A stretch of DNA of 64,000 nt, taken from the NCBI RefSeq assembly GCF_009914755.1, contig NC_060942.1; one strand, 5' to 3'. The position numbers and the translations under genes were made by a program. The notes below the pieces were generated by a model. That model did no database searches. It was not told where the DNA came from and saw only the letters and a list, made by a program, of their open reading frames with translations. This DNA comes from the human T2T-CHM13v2.0 reference genome, Homo sapiens. Shown here piece by piece: positions 17,224-35,704 of the stretch (its first letter is position 1; each line of letters starts with the position of its first letter).

Positions 17224-18097
17224 TATATATTCTCCTAATTCTTTTTTTTTTTTTTTTTTGAGAGACAGAGTCTCACTCCATCACCCAGGCTAGTGTATGG
17301 TGGCTCGGTCTTGGCTTACTGCAACCTCTGCCTCCTGGGTTCAAGCAATTCTCATGCCTCAGCCTCCCAAGTAGCTGGTTCTACAGGTGTGAATCACCGC
17401 GCTCAACTAATTTTTTGTATTTTTAGTAGAGATGGGGTTTCACCATGTTGGCCAGGCTGGTCTCAAACTCCTGACCTCGGGTAATCCGCCCCACTCGGCC
17501 CCCCAAAGTGGGGGGATTACAGGTGTGAACCACTGCGCCCGGCCTTCTCCTCATTTTTAAAACTAGCTACTTCTATTTGTCAAAGCTTCTCATTAAAAAA
17601 AAAAGGTAGCATATTACACTCCTCTATACCTTGCTTTTTCACTTTAATTTTTTATTTTTATTTATTTATTTTTTTTTGGAGATGGGGTCTTGCTATGTTG
17701 CTCAGGCTGGTCTCCAATTCCTGGCCTCAAGTTATCCTCCCTCCTCAGTCTTCCTAGTTGCTAGGATTACAGGTGTGAGCCACTGTGTCCAGCCACTTTA
17801 CACATTGAAGTCTGTGTCATGTCATGACATAAGGTGCTTTCTCATTCTTTTTTGCAGCTGGATATTATTCTGTTGTGTGATGTGCCATGATTTATGGCTC
17901 CCTGCTGATGGACAACGTTTACAATGTTTTGCTGTTGCAAACATGCTATAATAAATTTTCCTGCACATATGTGGCTTTGCACAGTGCAGGGTATTGGTAG
18001 TTGTAATAGTCTTAAGGTGGATTCTCCAGAAAATGAATTTTTTTTTTTTTTTTGAGTTGAAGTCTCACTCTGCCCAGGCTGGAGTGCAGTGGCATGA

Positions 18098-18322
<225 letters not shown>

Positions 18323-19386
18323 TGAAAATGGATTTTGATGAAGAGATTTATGTGTAGGTGGTTTGTTCCCTCAAGCCAAGAGTAACTCCTAGGGAGGGAT
18401 TCAGCTCTGAATCCTCAGCTGCCAACACTCTATCAACTGAGAAAATGAGTGCATTGGACTTGAGAGGGGCATTTGAATCATGCACTGCTATGCCCACTGC
18501 AGTATAACCTTGAGCCAGGCAGCTCCACCAGATTTATAATATAAATTTACTTCGCCTGGGAACAGCGTCTCCAGAATTCCAGTTGGTCTTTTCTTGGCAG
18601 GAGGACTTCATAGAGGAGGTGATTTCTGACTTAGGTTTTTAAGAATAAATAGGACATTGCCAAAAGGACATGACAAAGGGATTGGAAAAAGACTTTAAAG
18701 AGCACCTCCCCCTGCGGTTCTTACCAAGGGTGTGGGTTCAAATCACTTGAGGAGCTTTTGCAACACACAAATGTGTGGGCTTCTTGGTAAAGAACCCATT
18801 TGTTCTTATCCCTTCATTTTGCAAATGAGGAAACTAAGATGTTGCATTGATTGAGTTAGCAGCAGAGCCAGGCTGGGGTCTCAGGTCTCTTCTGAGCCCC
18901 AGACCTTGTTTTCCAAACTGTACTCCCTCTGGCACATTTCAAGCAGGAATAAAACATTCTTAACTACAATGGAATGACTGCCTTTTCCCAATTTGCAAAA
19001 AAACTTAATGTAATGTAAGTATGATTTTCAACTGCAAGTTTTCTCCCATAATGTTCTTAATTTTTAATTTTGAACTAATTTTTGCCTTACAAAAAAGTTG
19101 CAAAAATTGTATAATGAGCCCTGTATATCCCTCACAAGCTTCCCCTAATGTTAACATTTTACATAATCACTGCAAAATGAGCAGAACTAGGAGCTCAATA
19201 TTTGCACAATACTACTAACTAAACTACGGAACTTACTTGAATCTTATCCTTTTATTTTAATTAATTAATTAATTTTTTAGAAAAGGTCTCGCTCTGTCAC
19301 CCAGGATGGAGTGCAGTGGCATGATCTCGGCTCACTGCAACCTCTGCTTCCTGGGTTCAAGCGATTCTCCTGCCTCAGCCTCCTGA

Positions 19387-19572
<186 letters not shown>

Positions 19573-20527
19573 TAAAAAACTTATTCTGAACTTACTTTAG
19601 GCTTACGTAAAATTATTTTGATTTTCTATGTTTTTAGGCAGAGTCTCGCTCTGTTGCCCATGCTGGAGTACAGCGGTGTGGCCATAGCTTTCTATTAATT
19701 CTAGGAGTTCACTGTAGCCTTGAACTCCCACGCCTGGCTAACTTAAAATTTTTTTTTGTAGAAATGGGGCCTCGCTTTATTGTCCAGGCTAGTCTTGAGC
19801 TCCTGGCTGCAAGTGATCCTCCCACCACGGCCTCCAAATATGCTGGATTACAGGGCATGAGCCGCTTTGCCTGGCCAGGGTTGTGGAAAATTAAACCTTA
19901 CTTTTTAGAAAAGCTTTTGTACTTTCTACAACTTTCATGCTTCAAAAGATAAAAGAACACATAAACAAGTAACAGAGGAGTTGTAATGAAAAGACTCAAG
20001 AGTTGCCAATAACGCTTAGACAGCTGGTTTTTCTTCTGTATTTTAAAATCATGTTTTCCATTATCTTTGAAAGCATGCAAATTTAATTAAGCTGACATTT
20101 TAAAGCAAGGCACATTAGCTAAATGAATGGTGTTTGTGAGATCATTTTTATGTGATAAAATGAAGTATTTCACATTTAATGCACTTCAGCAGAAAGTATC
20201 ATGACCTGTAGGTGCTCTCCCATCTGAATGGGTCTAAGCACTGCTGTACTCCTGGCCATCCATCTATTTAGAGGTGCAAGATACCATGAGGTGCAAGCCT
20301 TTGGCTTTCTGGACCAGGCTTTTCAACTAGTTACTGCTGAGATAGACTTCAGACCTCTGTTACCATTATATACCGGCATAAATATTATGTGTCTTTTATT
20401 GGAATCACCCCTCCATCCCTGATATTGATCTCCTCCTTAGAGTACTAATTTCATTTATTTATGTTTTTATATTTTAGTTATTCATTTTTTATGTATGCAC
20501 ATGGTGAAATTCAAGCTGTACAGAAAA

Positions 20528-20917
20528 GTATATTAGGCCTTTTTTGTGTTGCTTTAAAGGAATACCCGAGACTGGGTAATTTATTAAGAAAAGAGGTTTA
20601 ATTGGCTCATGGTTCTGCAGGCTGTACAAGAAGTGTGGTGCCACATCAGCTTCTGGGGAGGACTCAGGAAGCTTTCACTCATGGTGGAAGGCGAATAGGG
20701 ATTAGGCCAGAGTAGGAGCAAGAGAGAGGGGGAGGTGCCACACACTTTTAAACAACCAGATCTCCAGAGAACTCATTCATTTTGGCGAGGACAGCACCCA
20801 GCCATTCATGAGGGATCTGCCCCCATCATCCAATACCTCCCACCAGGCACCACCTCCAACATTGGGGATTACATTTCAACATGAGATTTGGAGGGGATAA
20901 ACATCCAAACCACATCA
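20528..20917 (-). mobile_element. MSTA-like MaLR LTR
   Basis: AAAGGAATACCCGAGACTGGGTAATTTA...ACATCCAAACCACATCA. Confidence 0.8.
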
Positions 20918-21662
20918 AAAAGCATAAAATTAAGAGTTAAAATACCCGCCTCCCCTGCCGACTTCTAGACCTCTGATTCTCAAAGGGGGGATGCCATCTC
21001 CTGGGGACACTTTGGAAAGGTTGGGGAGCATTTTTGATTGTTTTAATGATTGCAGGTATTACGGAATTGGGGGAGTGGTAAAGAATGTTTATCATCCTAA
21101 AAAAAAAAAAAAAAAGAATTTACCTGCATCCAACACAATGTTTTAATCCTGGTGGATGTTCATATAAGTGAAAAATCCTGTTTACTATGCTCTAAATTTA
21201 GAATATACATGTTAACAGTTGTTCAGTTCTGTCCAACCTAGGAGATGCTATTCACATCATAGAAATCATAGATTTTAATATTTATTATGCCATTTTTCTG
21301 GCAGATGCCAGTGAAGTGTCTTGCTTTAATAAAATTAGCACATTGTGATAGTTTTTCCAAAAAGTGGAGGTAAAGTATGATGAGGAAGGGGGTCCTTTTT
21401 CTAATTTGCATCAAAGTGACATACGGGATTTTTGTCTTTTAAAAAAATAGTGTGAAAATTTTTTGAAAACTAAGAAAACAAGTTCTTATATGTTGCAAAT
21501 ATTTTGTGACTTAGTTTTAAATTATCTTTGACTTTGTTTAACTCATTTTCATCAGAGTTAAAAACAAATTTGGCCAACATGGTGAAACCCTGTCTCTACT
21601 AAAAATAGAACAATTAGCTGGGGGTGGGGTGGGGTGGGTTGGGGCGGGTGGCACATGACTCA

Positions 21663-21761
<99 letters not shown>

Positions 21762-22084
21762 TCAAAAAAAAAAATGTGTATAGCCAAGTTTATTATGTTT
21801 CCCTTTTATTTTCTGTGTTTATATCTTGCTTAGAGAGCCCTTCTTTATGAGATTGAAAAAGTAAATTCTTACCACTGAGTTAAAAAAGTAGAGACATTTG
21901 TATATTAAGTATATAATCACCCTTGTTATTAAAGTATTTCATTTCTAATGTTTTTCAAATGCCTATTGAAAAAATTTTTGATCCACCTTTGATGTGTAAA
22001 TGTGGTAAACTATGTGTGTAGATTTCCTTGTACTGAGCCCTGCTCAGTACAATTGAAAAAGTTTAAATAGCTTCAGAATTTATC

Positions 22085-24200
22085 ATGCATTTATTCAACA
22101 AGTATTTATTAAGTACTGGCACTGGAAATACAGCAATGATCAAAATAGACAAGAATGCCTTTCATCTTAGCAGGGGAAGGCAGACTGTAAACAAAGAAAT
22201 AGTTAAGATATATAATATGTCAGGTGGTGGTAAGTGTTCTAGAGAAAATAAAGCAGAGGAAGGAGACAGAGGTGCTAGAAGGCAGGGCAGGGGTTGCCAT
22301 TTTAAATGGGGAGGCCAGACATGGTGACTCATGCCTGTAATCCCAGCACTTTGGGAGGCCAAGGCAGGCAGATCATTTACGGTCAGGAGTTTGAAACCAG
22401 CCTGGCCAGCATGGTGAAACCCCATCTCTACTAAAAATTAGCCAAGCATGGTGGTGGGTACCTGTAATCCCAGCTACTCAGGAAGCTAAAGCAGGAGAAC
22501 TGCTCGAGCCCAGGAGGCGGAGGTTGCAGTGAGCAGAGATTGCACCATTGTACTCCATCCTGGGCAACAGAGCAAGACTCGGTCTCACAAAAAAAAAAAA
22601 AAAAAAAAAAAAAAAGGGGAGGCCAGGGAAGCCTCACAGAGACAGTGACATTTGGGCAAAGACCTGAAGGAGGTGAGGGAATGAGCTGTGTATGTACTGA
22701 GAGATCAATAGAAGGAATGGCAGTCCTAAAGCCCTGAGATGGGAACTGCCCGGGGTGTTCAAAGAACAATAAAAAGATCAGAATGAGGAGGGCTAAGCCA
22801 GGGGGAAAGAAGTGTGAATTCACATCAGAGGTCGAGGGGACCCTGAGAGTAAAGAGTCATCTTTACAATGAATGGAGGAGTCACTGGAGAGTATTTCTGG
22901 TGGCTTATTTCAGGTGACAGCTCAGGGTGGTTGGACCAGTGTGGGAGCAATGGAGGTGTTCAGAGGTGGTCAGACTCCCATCGAATCTTGAAGGTGGATC
23001 CACTGGGATTTGTTGGCTATTGGATGTAGGATAAGACAAAATGGGAGAAGTCAAATTTGACTCCAGTTTTTGGCTGGAGTGACTGGAAGGATTTGTTTGC
23101 CATTTATTGAGATTGGGAAGACAGAGGCAGGGGTAGATTTCTGGGGATGATCAGTGATTCAGTTTCGGACATGATGCATTTGAGATGCTTTTCATGTATG
23201 TAAGGGAATAGGCAAGTGTGGGGTTCAGGGAGGAGGTTCAGGCTGGAAATAAGATTTGAGAACGACATAAAGATGGCTTTGAAAGCATGAGAGTAGGTGA
23301 GATTATCAAAGGAGTGGTTTTAGTAAACAAAAATGAAGAGGTCCATGGACTGAACCCCAGGCTCTTCAGCAACAAGGAGTCTGTGAACACAGGAGACTGA
23401 GATGAGGGACCAGGGAGAGAGGAGGGAAACCAGAAGGGGCTTCATGGAGGAGGGAGTGGTTCATGAGCGGGGGGTGAGAGCAGAGGATTGTGGCTCAGTG
23501 GAGGCCACAGGGGACCTTGATGAGAGTGGTTGGGGTTGGGGGAGAAGCTGGCTGGAGCCTAATAGGAGGTAATAGGGAAGAATTGGAACCAGGGAGCACA
23601 GAGGACTCTTTAAAGGAATTTTACTGTAAAGGGAAGCAGAAAAGTCTAGAGAGGGAAGTTAATTGCATTTTTTTAAAGAGGGAGAAATTATAACTGACTT
23701 GCATGCTGATGGGAATGATCCAGTAGACAGCAAAAAATAGTTGGAGTGGTGGCCTTGTGTAAGTGAGAAGGGATGGAATCTGGTGTGTAAATGGAGGGGG
23801 TGTGAGTTTAGATAGAAGTACAGACAGTGTGAACAGGAAGGGAGGCTCAGGACATGGTACAGATACAAATAGTTGGATGGGTGTGATAGAGGAGGGGGCT
23901 CATGGATGTTCTCTTCTGGTTGTTTTATTTTTCTAGTACAATATGAACTCAGGTCATCAGCTGAGGGTGAGGATGGGAGAGATGATGGAGGTTCGAGGAG
24001 AAAGAAGATGTGAGAGGGTTGTCTAGAAGGAGGAGTAGATGGGGTACATGGTCCAGGGAAATAGAATTTTATTGCTAGGCAGAATTAAAAGACCTGTTGA
24101 GGTTAGTGGTCATTAATTGAATTTAGCAGTGCTTTTTTCTAGTTTGTTCTGCTCTGGTGGTATAGGTACCAGAATAGGTGAAAAATTGGATTTAATCAAG
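22085..24200 (-). mobile_element. L2 relic (with an Alu at 22312-22615)
   Basis: CATTTATTCAACAAGTATTTATT L2 3' end followed by a purine-rich L2 body. Confidence 0.7.
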
Positions 24201-24622
24201 AGTTTGGTGGTTTAAAAAAGTGTACCTGAGGAACCATATGCCCTTGACATTTTGGGGTGGGAGGTTGGATAGGATAGTCATTTTTATTAATTTTTTTTCT
24301 TGTGTTTATTGGTCCATTTAGATATTCTATATCTTCTAGCATCAGTTCTTTATCACATATTTTGCTAGAAAATGGACCATTTTGGATCAGGTTTTTTTTC
24401 TTTTGTTTGTTTTGTTTTTTTCCCCCACAGAACTTTGGAGATGCCCAGAGCAATTAAAATTGAACTTCACTTGGTGATCTAGGCCTCCAGTCTGCCATTT
24501 GCCTTGCTCCCTTCCAGTCTGTGGAAGTGATGGGAGAGAGAAGCATGCCAGCAGGTGGGCTGCATGGTTTGTTCAGCCGTGTTTCATCAGTACAGTGCTG
24601 GCTACAGTCCTGTCCCTGGGAG

Positions 24623-25593
24623 TGAGGCAGGATAGGTGGTCAAGGAAGCGACCATGTTCTTGGGAGGCAGCAACCGCAATGACCATACAGCCAATACAAT
24701 AATCCTCAGCATTTGCATTGTAACTGAGGTCATTCAAGCAAAGCTATCTTCAGTAGGGACTTTCCCCTCTAGAAAGCATGTCCATTTTGATTTTACCTGT
24801 CCTCAGACTGACCCTTTGCTCATTATAATAGTAAAAGACACACCCCTGGGTGGAGATTTAAGATGCTAATGAGACATGAGACGTATGAACAAATATGTAT
24901 GGCTACTGCACATGTGCACCCAGAAGACCTCCTAGGACATGCTTACTAGCAACACCTTTTCCCACCTTATGAATAATCATGTAAGACTTCCAGAAAGGGA
25001 GTCCCCTAGTGCCAGTTTTTGCTGTCTCATCCTTACGTGCAGCCTCCCCTGAACTCTCTCAGGGTGCACTGTTGTATTAGTCCATTCTTACGCTGCTAGG
25101 AAGAAATACCCAAGACTGGGTAATTAATAAAGAGAAGAGATTTAATTGACTCACAGTTCCACATGGCTGGGGAGGCCTCAGAAAACTTATAATCATGGCG
25201 GAAGGCACCTCTTCACAGGGTGGCAGGAGAGAGAATGACAGCCAGCAGAGGAAATGCCAGATGCTTATAAAACCATCAGATTTCATGAGAACACACTCAC
25301 TATCATGAGAACAGTGTGGGGGAAACTGCCCCCATGATTCAATTGCCTCCACCTGGTCCTGCCCTTGACACATGGGGATTATGGGGATTATGGAGATTGT
25401 AATTCAAGGTGAGATTTGGGTGGGGACACAGGGCCAAACCATATCAACTGTCTATTCTGCACCTAACTTTCAAAATACTATTTTTCTTTTGCAACAGATT
25501 ACTCTATGTTACACCTCCTTTGCTGTGTGTCCCCTGTTTAAATTATTTTAAGCCAAGAAGACAAGAACCAAGGTATCACATCAACTGTCAACA
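24623..25593 (+). mobile_element. MER49-like ERV1 solo LTR interrupted by THE1
   Basis: TGAGGCAGGATAGG...ACA with 4-bp TSD GGAG. Confidence 0.65.
25073..25446 (-). mobile_element. THE1/MST MaLR solo LTR
   Basis: TGTATTAGTCCATT...CCAAACCATATCA; 5-bp TSD ACTGT. Confidence 0.85.
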
Positions 25594-25742
25594 GGAGCTG
25601 CTGATCTCTAGGCTTGCTCAGAGTTGTGAAGTTCTTGGCTGATCTCATAGGTGGTCATTTAGCTTTTGTGTATAGGACAAGTAGGAGAAGAATATTAATC
25701 CAGTAAATTAAAATAACAATCTGGACTGGGCACAGTGGCTCA

Positions 25743-26105
<363 letters not shown>

Positions 26106-26697
26106 TCATAATGTGGCCAATTACCATGCACAACCTCTCCCAAAAGAAATATGCCAGGCCTGGCTGGTCTCTCAAGTAAATCCCTTTGAACTCCCCCAAA
26201 TGCTGGTTAAAGCTAATTTTTCACCTGCTTCTTGCCTATATAAATGCAGGAGAAAAACACAACCATGCATGAGTAGCATGCATGAAGTTGTATGAAAATA
26301 AATTATTCAGTTTCCCCTAGATGTCTTCTGAATGGAAGGCTTCAAGAAATTGGAGCTCATGATTTGCAAATGAGGGGAAGCATAAAAATTAAAGAAACCA
26401 GGCAAGGCATGGTGGCTCACACCAGTAATTCCAACACTTTGGGGGGTCGAGGTGAGCGAATCCCTTGAGCTCAGGAGTTCGAGATCAGCCTGGGCAACAT
26501 GGTGAAACCACATCTCTAAAAAAAAAAAAAAAAGATAGAAATAAACCGAAATACAGCTATCAGAAGCTACCTTCAGCATTCAGGAGAGCTGAGGTCGTAC
26601 TGCAAATAGAGATTTCAATTTAGGCTCAGTCACCTTGCTCTGTAGTCTGTCACCCGGTGCTTCCCAGACTGTGTTCCTGGAGAATTCTGATCCCTCA

Positions 26698-28546
<1,849 letters not shown>

Positions 28547-28962
28547 TCACTAAACTCTTTGTGGGGCAAGGGTTCTGTGGTCGGATCAATTTAGTAAAAG
28601 CTGAAAATTCTGTCCCTTTCTTGAAGATTCACAACACACTTCATTTATGTAATCATGTAATAAGCTCTTTCTATCTGCCAGGCTTTATTCTGGGCTCTGG
28701 GAGAATGGTAATAAAGGAAAGCAAATGCAATTGCTGCTTTCATGGATCTTTTACCCTAATAGGGAGATGGACAGTAATCAAATAGCCAGACAAATAATGT
28801 ATAATTACGAACTAAGGTAAGTTCTACAAAAGAAGGGAATATGCTTATAGGAAACCTAGGCAAGGGGTGAGGGAAAGTCGCTTTGAGGAAAGGATGCAAA
28901 CAGCTATCTGAAGCTTGCAGAATTAGCATTAACGAGGCCAACGGCCAGATCTTGAGGCTTTA

Positions 28963-29605
<643 letters not shown>

Positions 29606-30810
29606 CTAGAGAAACTGGTGGCAGGGCCAGTGTGGCAGGAAGGCAGAGGGACGAGAGTGTGAGGTGCTGCCACTCACCTGGGCCAGTCCATGGAAGGCGG
29701 TGTAAGCATGTTAAGGATCTTGACCTTGAAGCTGAGCCACTGATGGCATAAAACATATTAAAAGTCCTGAGAAGTTCTGCAGTGAAAGAGCCCGTTCTTG
29801 CTTGTTTAACTCAGCGTTCCCATTTTTATTCCATGTAATACCTAACAAGGTCCTAGGGCCACACATTGGGAAATGCTGCTCTACTTGACTACACTTAAAG
29901 GAAGTCTTGCTGCTAATATAAACTTAAGCAAGAGCCAGTTACGGTGGCTTATGCTTGTAGTCTCAGATACTGGGGAGGCTGAGGCAGGAGGATGGCTTGA
30001 GGCCAGGAGTTCAAGACCAGACTGGACAACATAGTGAGACTCTGTCTCTATAAAAAACCAAAAAGAAAAATTAGCTGGGTGTGGCAGCATACACCTATGG
30101 TTCCAGCTACTTGGGAAGCTGAGGTGGGAGGAATGTTTGAGCTCAGAAGTTCAAGGCTGCAGTGAGCTATGGTCAAACCACTGCACTCCAGCCTGGGAGA
30201 CAGAACGAGATGCTGTCTCAAAAAAAAAAAAAAAAAAAAACACCCAGAAAACCCCCTGAAAAACCCTTAAGCAGTTGGAGGTTTCAGGCCTCTCAACTTA
30301 TTGAGGGGATAGCCAAGGCTACATGTTATCCATGAGACCAGGGAAGCATAGAGATGCCGCCTGGTGGAAGCTTGGCATTCCCTTTCTAAACTTTGTAGGC
30401 AGCAAATAACTCAGGAGGATCCAAGTGCTAGCCAAGAGCCAAAAAGTAAGAGCTTTTCTTCCTTTAAGGTCTTCCCAAGTCTTACCTGCCTCTAATGGTC
30501 TGTCCTATCAATTTGCTTCACTTAATACTTTTTCTCTTCTCTGCACTTGGAATTCAGAGTTGAGTAAACTGTGCATTCATTTATATTTGTCATTTCTTTT
30601 TGAGTTTTCTACAGCACCTAGAACAATGCCAGAAATGTGGTAGGTATTCAGTGAGTATTTGAAGGGGTCATGTTTGTATTAGTTTTTTCAGGCAATGGTA
30701 TGTTTTTTTTTTCAGGTCTTCTACTAAGTCTGGTCCTCTCAGTCCTTCATCATCTTTTCTGTATTTGAATGGGGAGAGGCCATGGGAAAAGCACCGATCT
30801 TGGAATTAGA

Positions 30811-31440
<630 letters not shown>

Positions 31441-31602
31441 GGAATTAGTAACCCAACATTGTGTTCCATCCCTGACTTTTTACCAACTGTGTGACCTTGA
31501 GCAAGTCAGTGAATGTGGCTGGGTCTTGGGATCATTATCTGTAAAGTGAGATGGTTGTACTAAATGATCTCTAAGGTTTATTTTAGTTTTAACATTGTAG
31601 AT

Positions 31603-32208
31603 CTATGCTGTCCAATATGGTAGCAACCAGCTACATGTGGCTATTGAGCCCTTGAATATGGCTAGTCCGAACTGACATGTGCTGTAAGTGTAAAATACAC
31701 ACTGGATTTCAAAACAAAAATGTAAAATATCTCAATAATTTTTTTATATTGGCAACATGTTGAAATAATATTTTGGACATGTTGGGTTAAGTAAAATATA
31801 TTATTAATATTAATTTCTTTTTAAAAATGTTTTTACTTATTTATTTGGGTAGAGATGAGGTCTCCTTATGTTGCCCTGGCTGGTCTCAAATGCCTAGCCT
31901 CAAGCCATCCTTCCACTTTGGCCTCCCAAAGTGCCAGGATTACAGGCGTGAGCCACCACACCCAGCCACTTAATTTTAATTTCATGTGTTTCTTTTTACC
32001 TTTATAATAGGACCACTAGGAAACATAAAATTATACATGTGCCGCTATGGACTGAATTGGGACCCCCTCAAATTCCTATGTTGAAGCCCTAACTCCCTAT
32101 GATGTATTTGGAGATGGGGCCTGTGGGAGATCATTTGGTTTAGATGAGGTTATGAGGTGAGGCACCATGATGGGATTAGAGTTGTTATTGGAAGAGACAT
32201 CAGCGTGT

Positions 32209-32294
<86 letters not shown>

Positions 32295-32515
32295 ATGTGA
32301 GGACACAGTGAGAAGGCAGCCATCTATAAGCCAGAAAGAGGGCCCTCACCAGAAACCGACTATGCTGGTACCCTGATCTTGGACTTCTAGTCTCCAGAAC
32401 TATGAGAAAATAAATTTCTGTTTAAAGCCACTAAGTCTATGGTATACTGTTCTGGCAGCCCAAACTGACCAAGACATGCGGTTTGTATTATATATTTCTG
32501 TTGGACAGCATTGGT
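31603..32515. mobile_element. MER33 (opposite orientation) interrupted by a FLAM and an MLT1 LTR (about 32043-32476)
   Basis: GCTGTCCAATATGGTAGC...TTTCTGTTGGACAGCA; MLT1 start CTATGGACTGAAT. Confidence 0.65.
32213..32290. repeat. (TC)39 microsatellite within MLT1
   Basis: perfect dinucleotide run. Confidence 0.95.
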
Positions 32516-33401
32516 CCAGATATCTGGGAACTCCTACATACCAGCCAGCCTTCTGGCACTTGTAACTTTCTGTATTGTGTCTGTGAGAGCACAGGCATGG
32601 TCTCCAGGCCAGTGTTTCCTCCCTAGCAGCTGCTCAATAAGCTTCTGGCAATTAAGTCATTTTCTTGGTTGTAAGAATATAAACAGTCTCTGGATAATGT
32701 ATGTAAAAGAGGACCTCATTAAGAGAATATTGGGTAACAACTGGAATCTGCAGGGCAGAAGAACCAGGCTTGGAGGATATACTCAGGCAGACAGCAATGT
32801 CCCAAATCCCACTGCAGACTAGTCTGGGGGTGACTCCACTGCTGCCCCAGAGAACCAGAGCTGGCTGTCCATTGGCAGAGTGGCGTGGGTATGTGCTTCC
32901 AGCCTCATTAGTTTCCAGTTCAGAGTTCAGTTGACTGAGTTTGAATCGGGGACTCTAGCTGCAAGAGAGGCTGGGGCTGGGAAGGTGAGCAATTGCTTTT
33001 GAGCTTTTTTTTAGTGGAGAGTTGGGTCTTATCATAAGCAGAAGATTTATTCCTTTAACATTGGAAGGGTCTTTAGATGCTGGGCTGCCACATAAGGATG
33101 GAACCCTTTCCTTGTGTTGTCTGAGACCTTGAAATTTTGACTGCAACACAGCAGAAGTTCCATCAAGACTCCTCAGCTGGAACTCCTCCAGGCGAGAGGC
33201 TCTTCAGATCTCCTTGTTCTTGGGAAGGATGAAGCAGAACAGTTGACATCATACATTCTAATGCTACAATTATAATTTCATGATGTCCTTTGAAAATTCT
33301 CGCATGTTATTTTAATGTGGAGACACAGGAGGGCACTCTAACCAACTAGCAATAAAACCTAAATGGTTTCATAGCCTTGGCAGTTAAAAAATAGATGTTG
33401 A

Positions 33402-33837
<436 letters not shown>

Positions 33838-34621
33838 TAACAAAGGCTCTCAAGACACACTCTCCACATTATCCAGTTAATGTTCTAGGGACCATGGCTA
33901 TGAGCAACTCAGAACAGGGAAGGAGTTTTTTTCTTCTGATGTCCAGGCTGGAGTGTAGTGGTGTGATCATGGTACATTGCAGCCCTGAACTCCTGGGCTC
34001 AAGGACTCCTTCCGCCTCAGCCTCCCAAGTATTAATAGCTTGCACTACAGGTGTACCACCTTGCCTGGCTAATTTAAAAATTTTTTTTGGTAGAGATGAG
34101 TGTCTATGTTGCCAGGGTTAGGGAAGAGGACTTTTGACTACAGCTTACCCCCTGCCTCAGCCACTAGACCAGGTTGCCAAGAGCTCACATTTAAAGGTCA
34201 ATTGGCCAAATTGAACCTAGAGCAGAGAAGAGAGACCTGGTTGTCTTGAGACTTTCTTCAAATCTGCAGCCTGTCCCCATGACTCAGTTTTCCCATCTGT
34301 AAAATGGAGATAACATTAGACCTATGTCTGTATAGTTTCCTCATGAAGAGAGAGACAGAGTGGGAACAACATATCTGGGGGTGATATTTACCATCGCACA
34401 CAGACCATTGAGTTCTATACTAAAAAACTAAAGCCCGCCTGCGTCTTGTTAATGAATGATAGCACACGGGAGGGACAAAGCGTGCTCTGCTGGCAGCTGG
34501 AGTAACAAAAGTAATGAGGCGAGGTCGGAACAGGATCTGCTGGCTCCGGCTCGGTTTCCTCACACAGGTCTCTCCAGCTGGATCCTCGACGCTAGGGAGG
34601 AAGGGGCGCGGGACTGCTGTG

Positions 34622-34631
34622 GGGGTTTTCC
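34622..34631 (+). promoter_or_regulatory. NF-kB site GGGGTTTTCC (about -1250)
   Basis: fits GGGRNNYYCC; LIPG is known to be cytokine/NF-kB inducible; weaker kB-like motifs at 35406 and 35548. Confidence 0.55.
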
Positions 34632-35499
34632 CTCCCCAGGCAGGGGCAGGACCTGTTCCGGGCGACTGCAGGGTTAAGGGTATCGTCTTAAAGAGCCGGA
34701 TCCTCCCGGCTGGAGCGAGGCTGGATGGCGGGACGCAGCCTCTCAGCCTCTCGTACCCGCCCTGCGTCCGCAGTGGTTGTTGGCGCAGCCGCCCCGTCGG
34801 TGTTCCGGGCTCAGTCCCCGCTCCCCAGCGCCAGACGCAGACTCCGGGCCAAGTTCTCCCTCCGCTCGCTGCTTTCTGCCGCAGGACCCGGATCAATAAA
34901 GGGAAGGAGAGCCGGGAGGAAATGATGGAGAACAGAGAGAAAGGAGATGCTTGATTTCACTCGCCAAGGAGTGAGTGCTCATCGGCAGACACTGGGCTCT
35001 GGCCACGCGTCTTAGACTCCAAATCTCGGCTCACTGGTCCCTTTGAGGAGGTCGCCTGGTGTTCCCGTAGCCCTCCACCCCACCGTAGGAGAGCGCCTGC
35101 CACGAGCTCCGCGCCTCGCTAAGTGCTTTGCTACGTGAACTCTTAGTTTTCCCAACATCCCTAAGCCGCCGATACATTATCACCCACGTATTGCGGACGA
35201 GAGAACCGCCTCGGAGAAGCTGGCTGGCTCGCTTGGAGTTTTGCAGCTAGTGGCGGAGCGAGCATTCCGAGCAGGTACTGTGCGATCCTCCAGCGCCGGC
35301 CGCAGCTCACAGCCCCTTAGCTCCGCCGGGTTATTGTGCGGCCGCGCCTTCTGCACCTGTTGCGGCCCTCGCTAGGCGGGAAGGGAGGGAGAAGAGGAGG
35401 ACAAAGGGGATGACCAGGTGGCTCTCCCCCGACGGACTCCCGGCCCAGGGAGCGGATAGACCACTCCCAGAGAGAGTGTGGCTTTGAGCCTTGGAGAGG

Positions 35500-35704
35500 A
35501 TGCTCTCCTTCTCCAGGGATCGCCTCCCCAGCGGACGCAGAGTTTCAGGGAAATGTCCGCCTCCGCCACTTGGGATGGCAGTGGGGAGAGGAGGATCTGG
35601 GTGTCCGGAGGAGGGCAGTGGGAGAAAGCTGGAGCTGCTGGAGTCGCAGCTGCCTGCGGAGCGGGCCCGGGAGGAAGCGGGGCCGAGCGTGCGGCGTCCA
35701 CGCG
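35500..35704 (+). CDS. LIPG: Putative alternative first coding exon of LIPG (no signal peptide)
   Basis: ATG at 35500, 68 open codons plus 1 nt, strong donor GCG|GTGAGT at 35704/35705; phase 1 matches exon 2. Confidence 0.5.

Noticed and set aside
19880-20250. Apparently repeat-free AT-rich block with ATGCAAAT followed by TTAATTAA
   Set aside because: Could be a conserved element, but a single motif in AT-rich DNA is insufficient without conservation data
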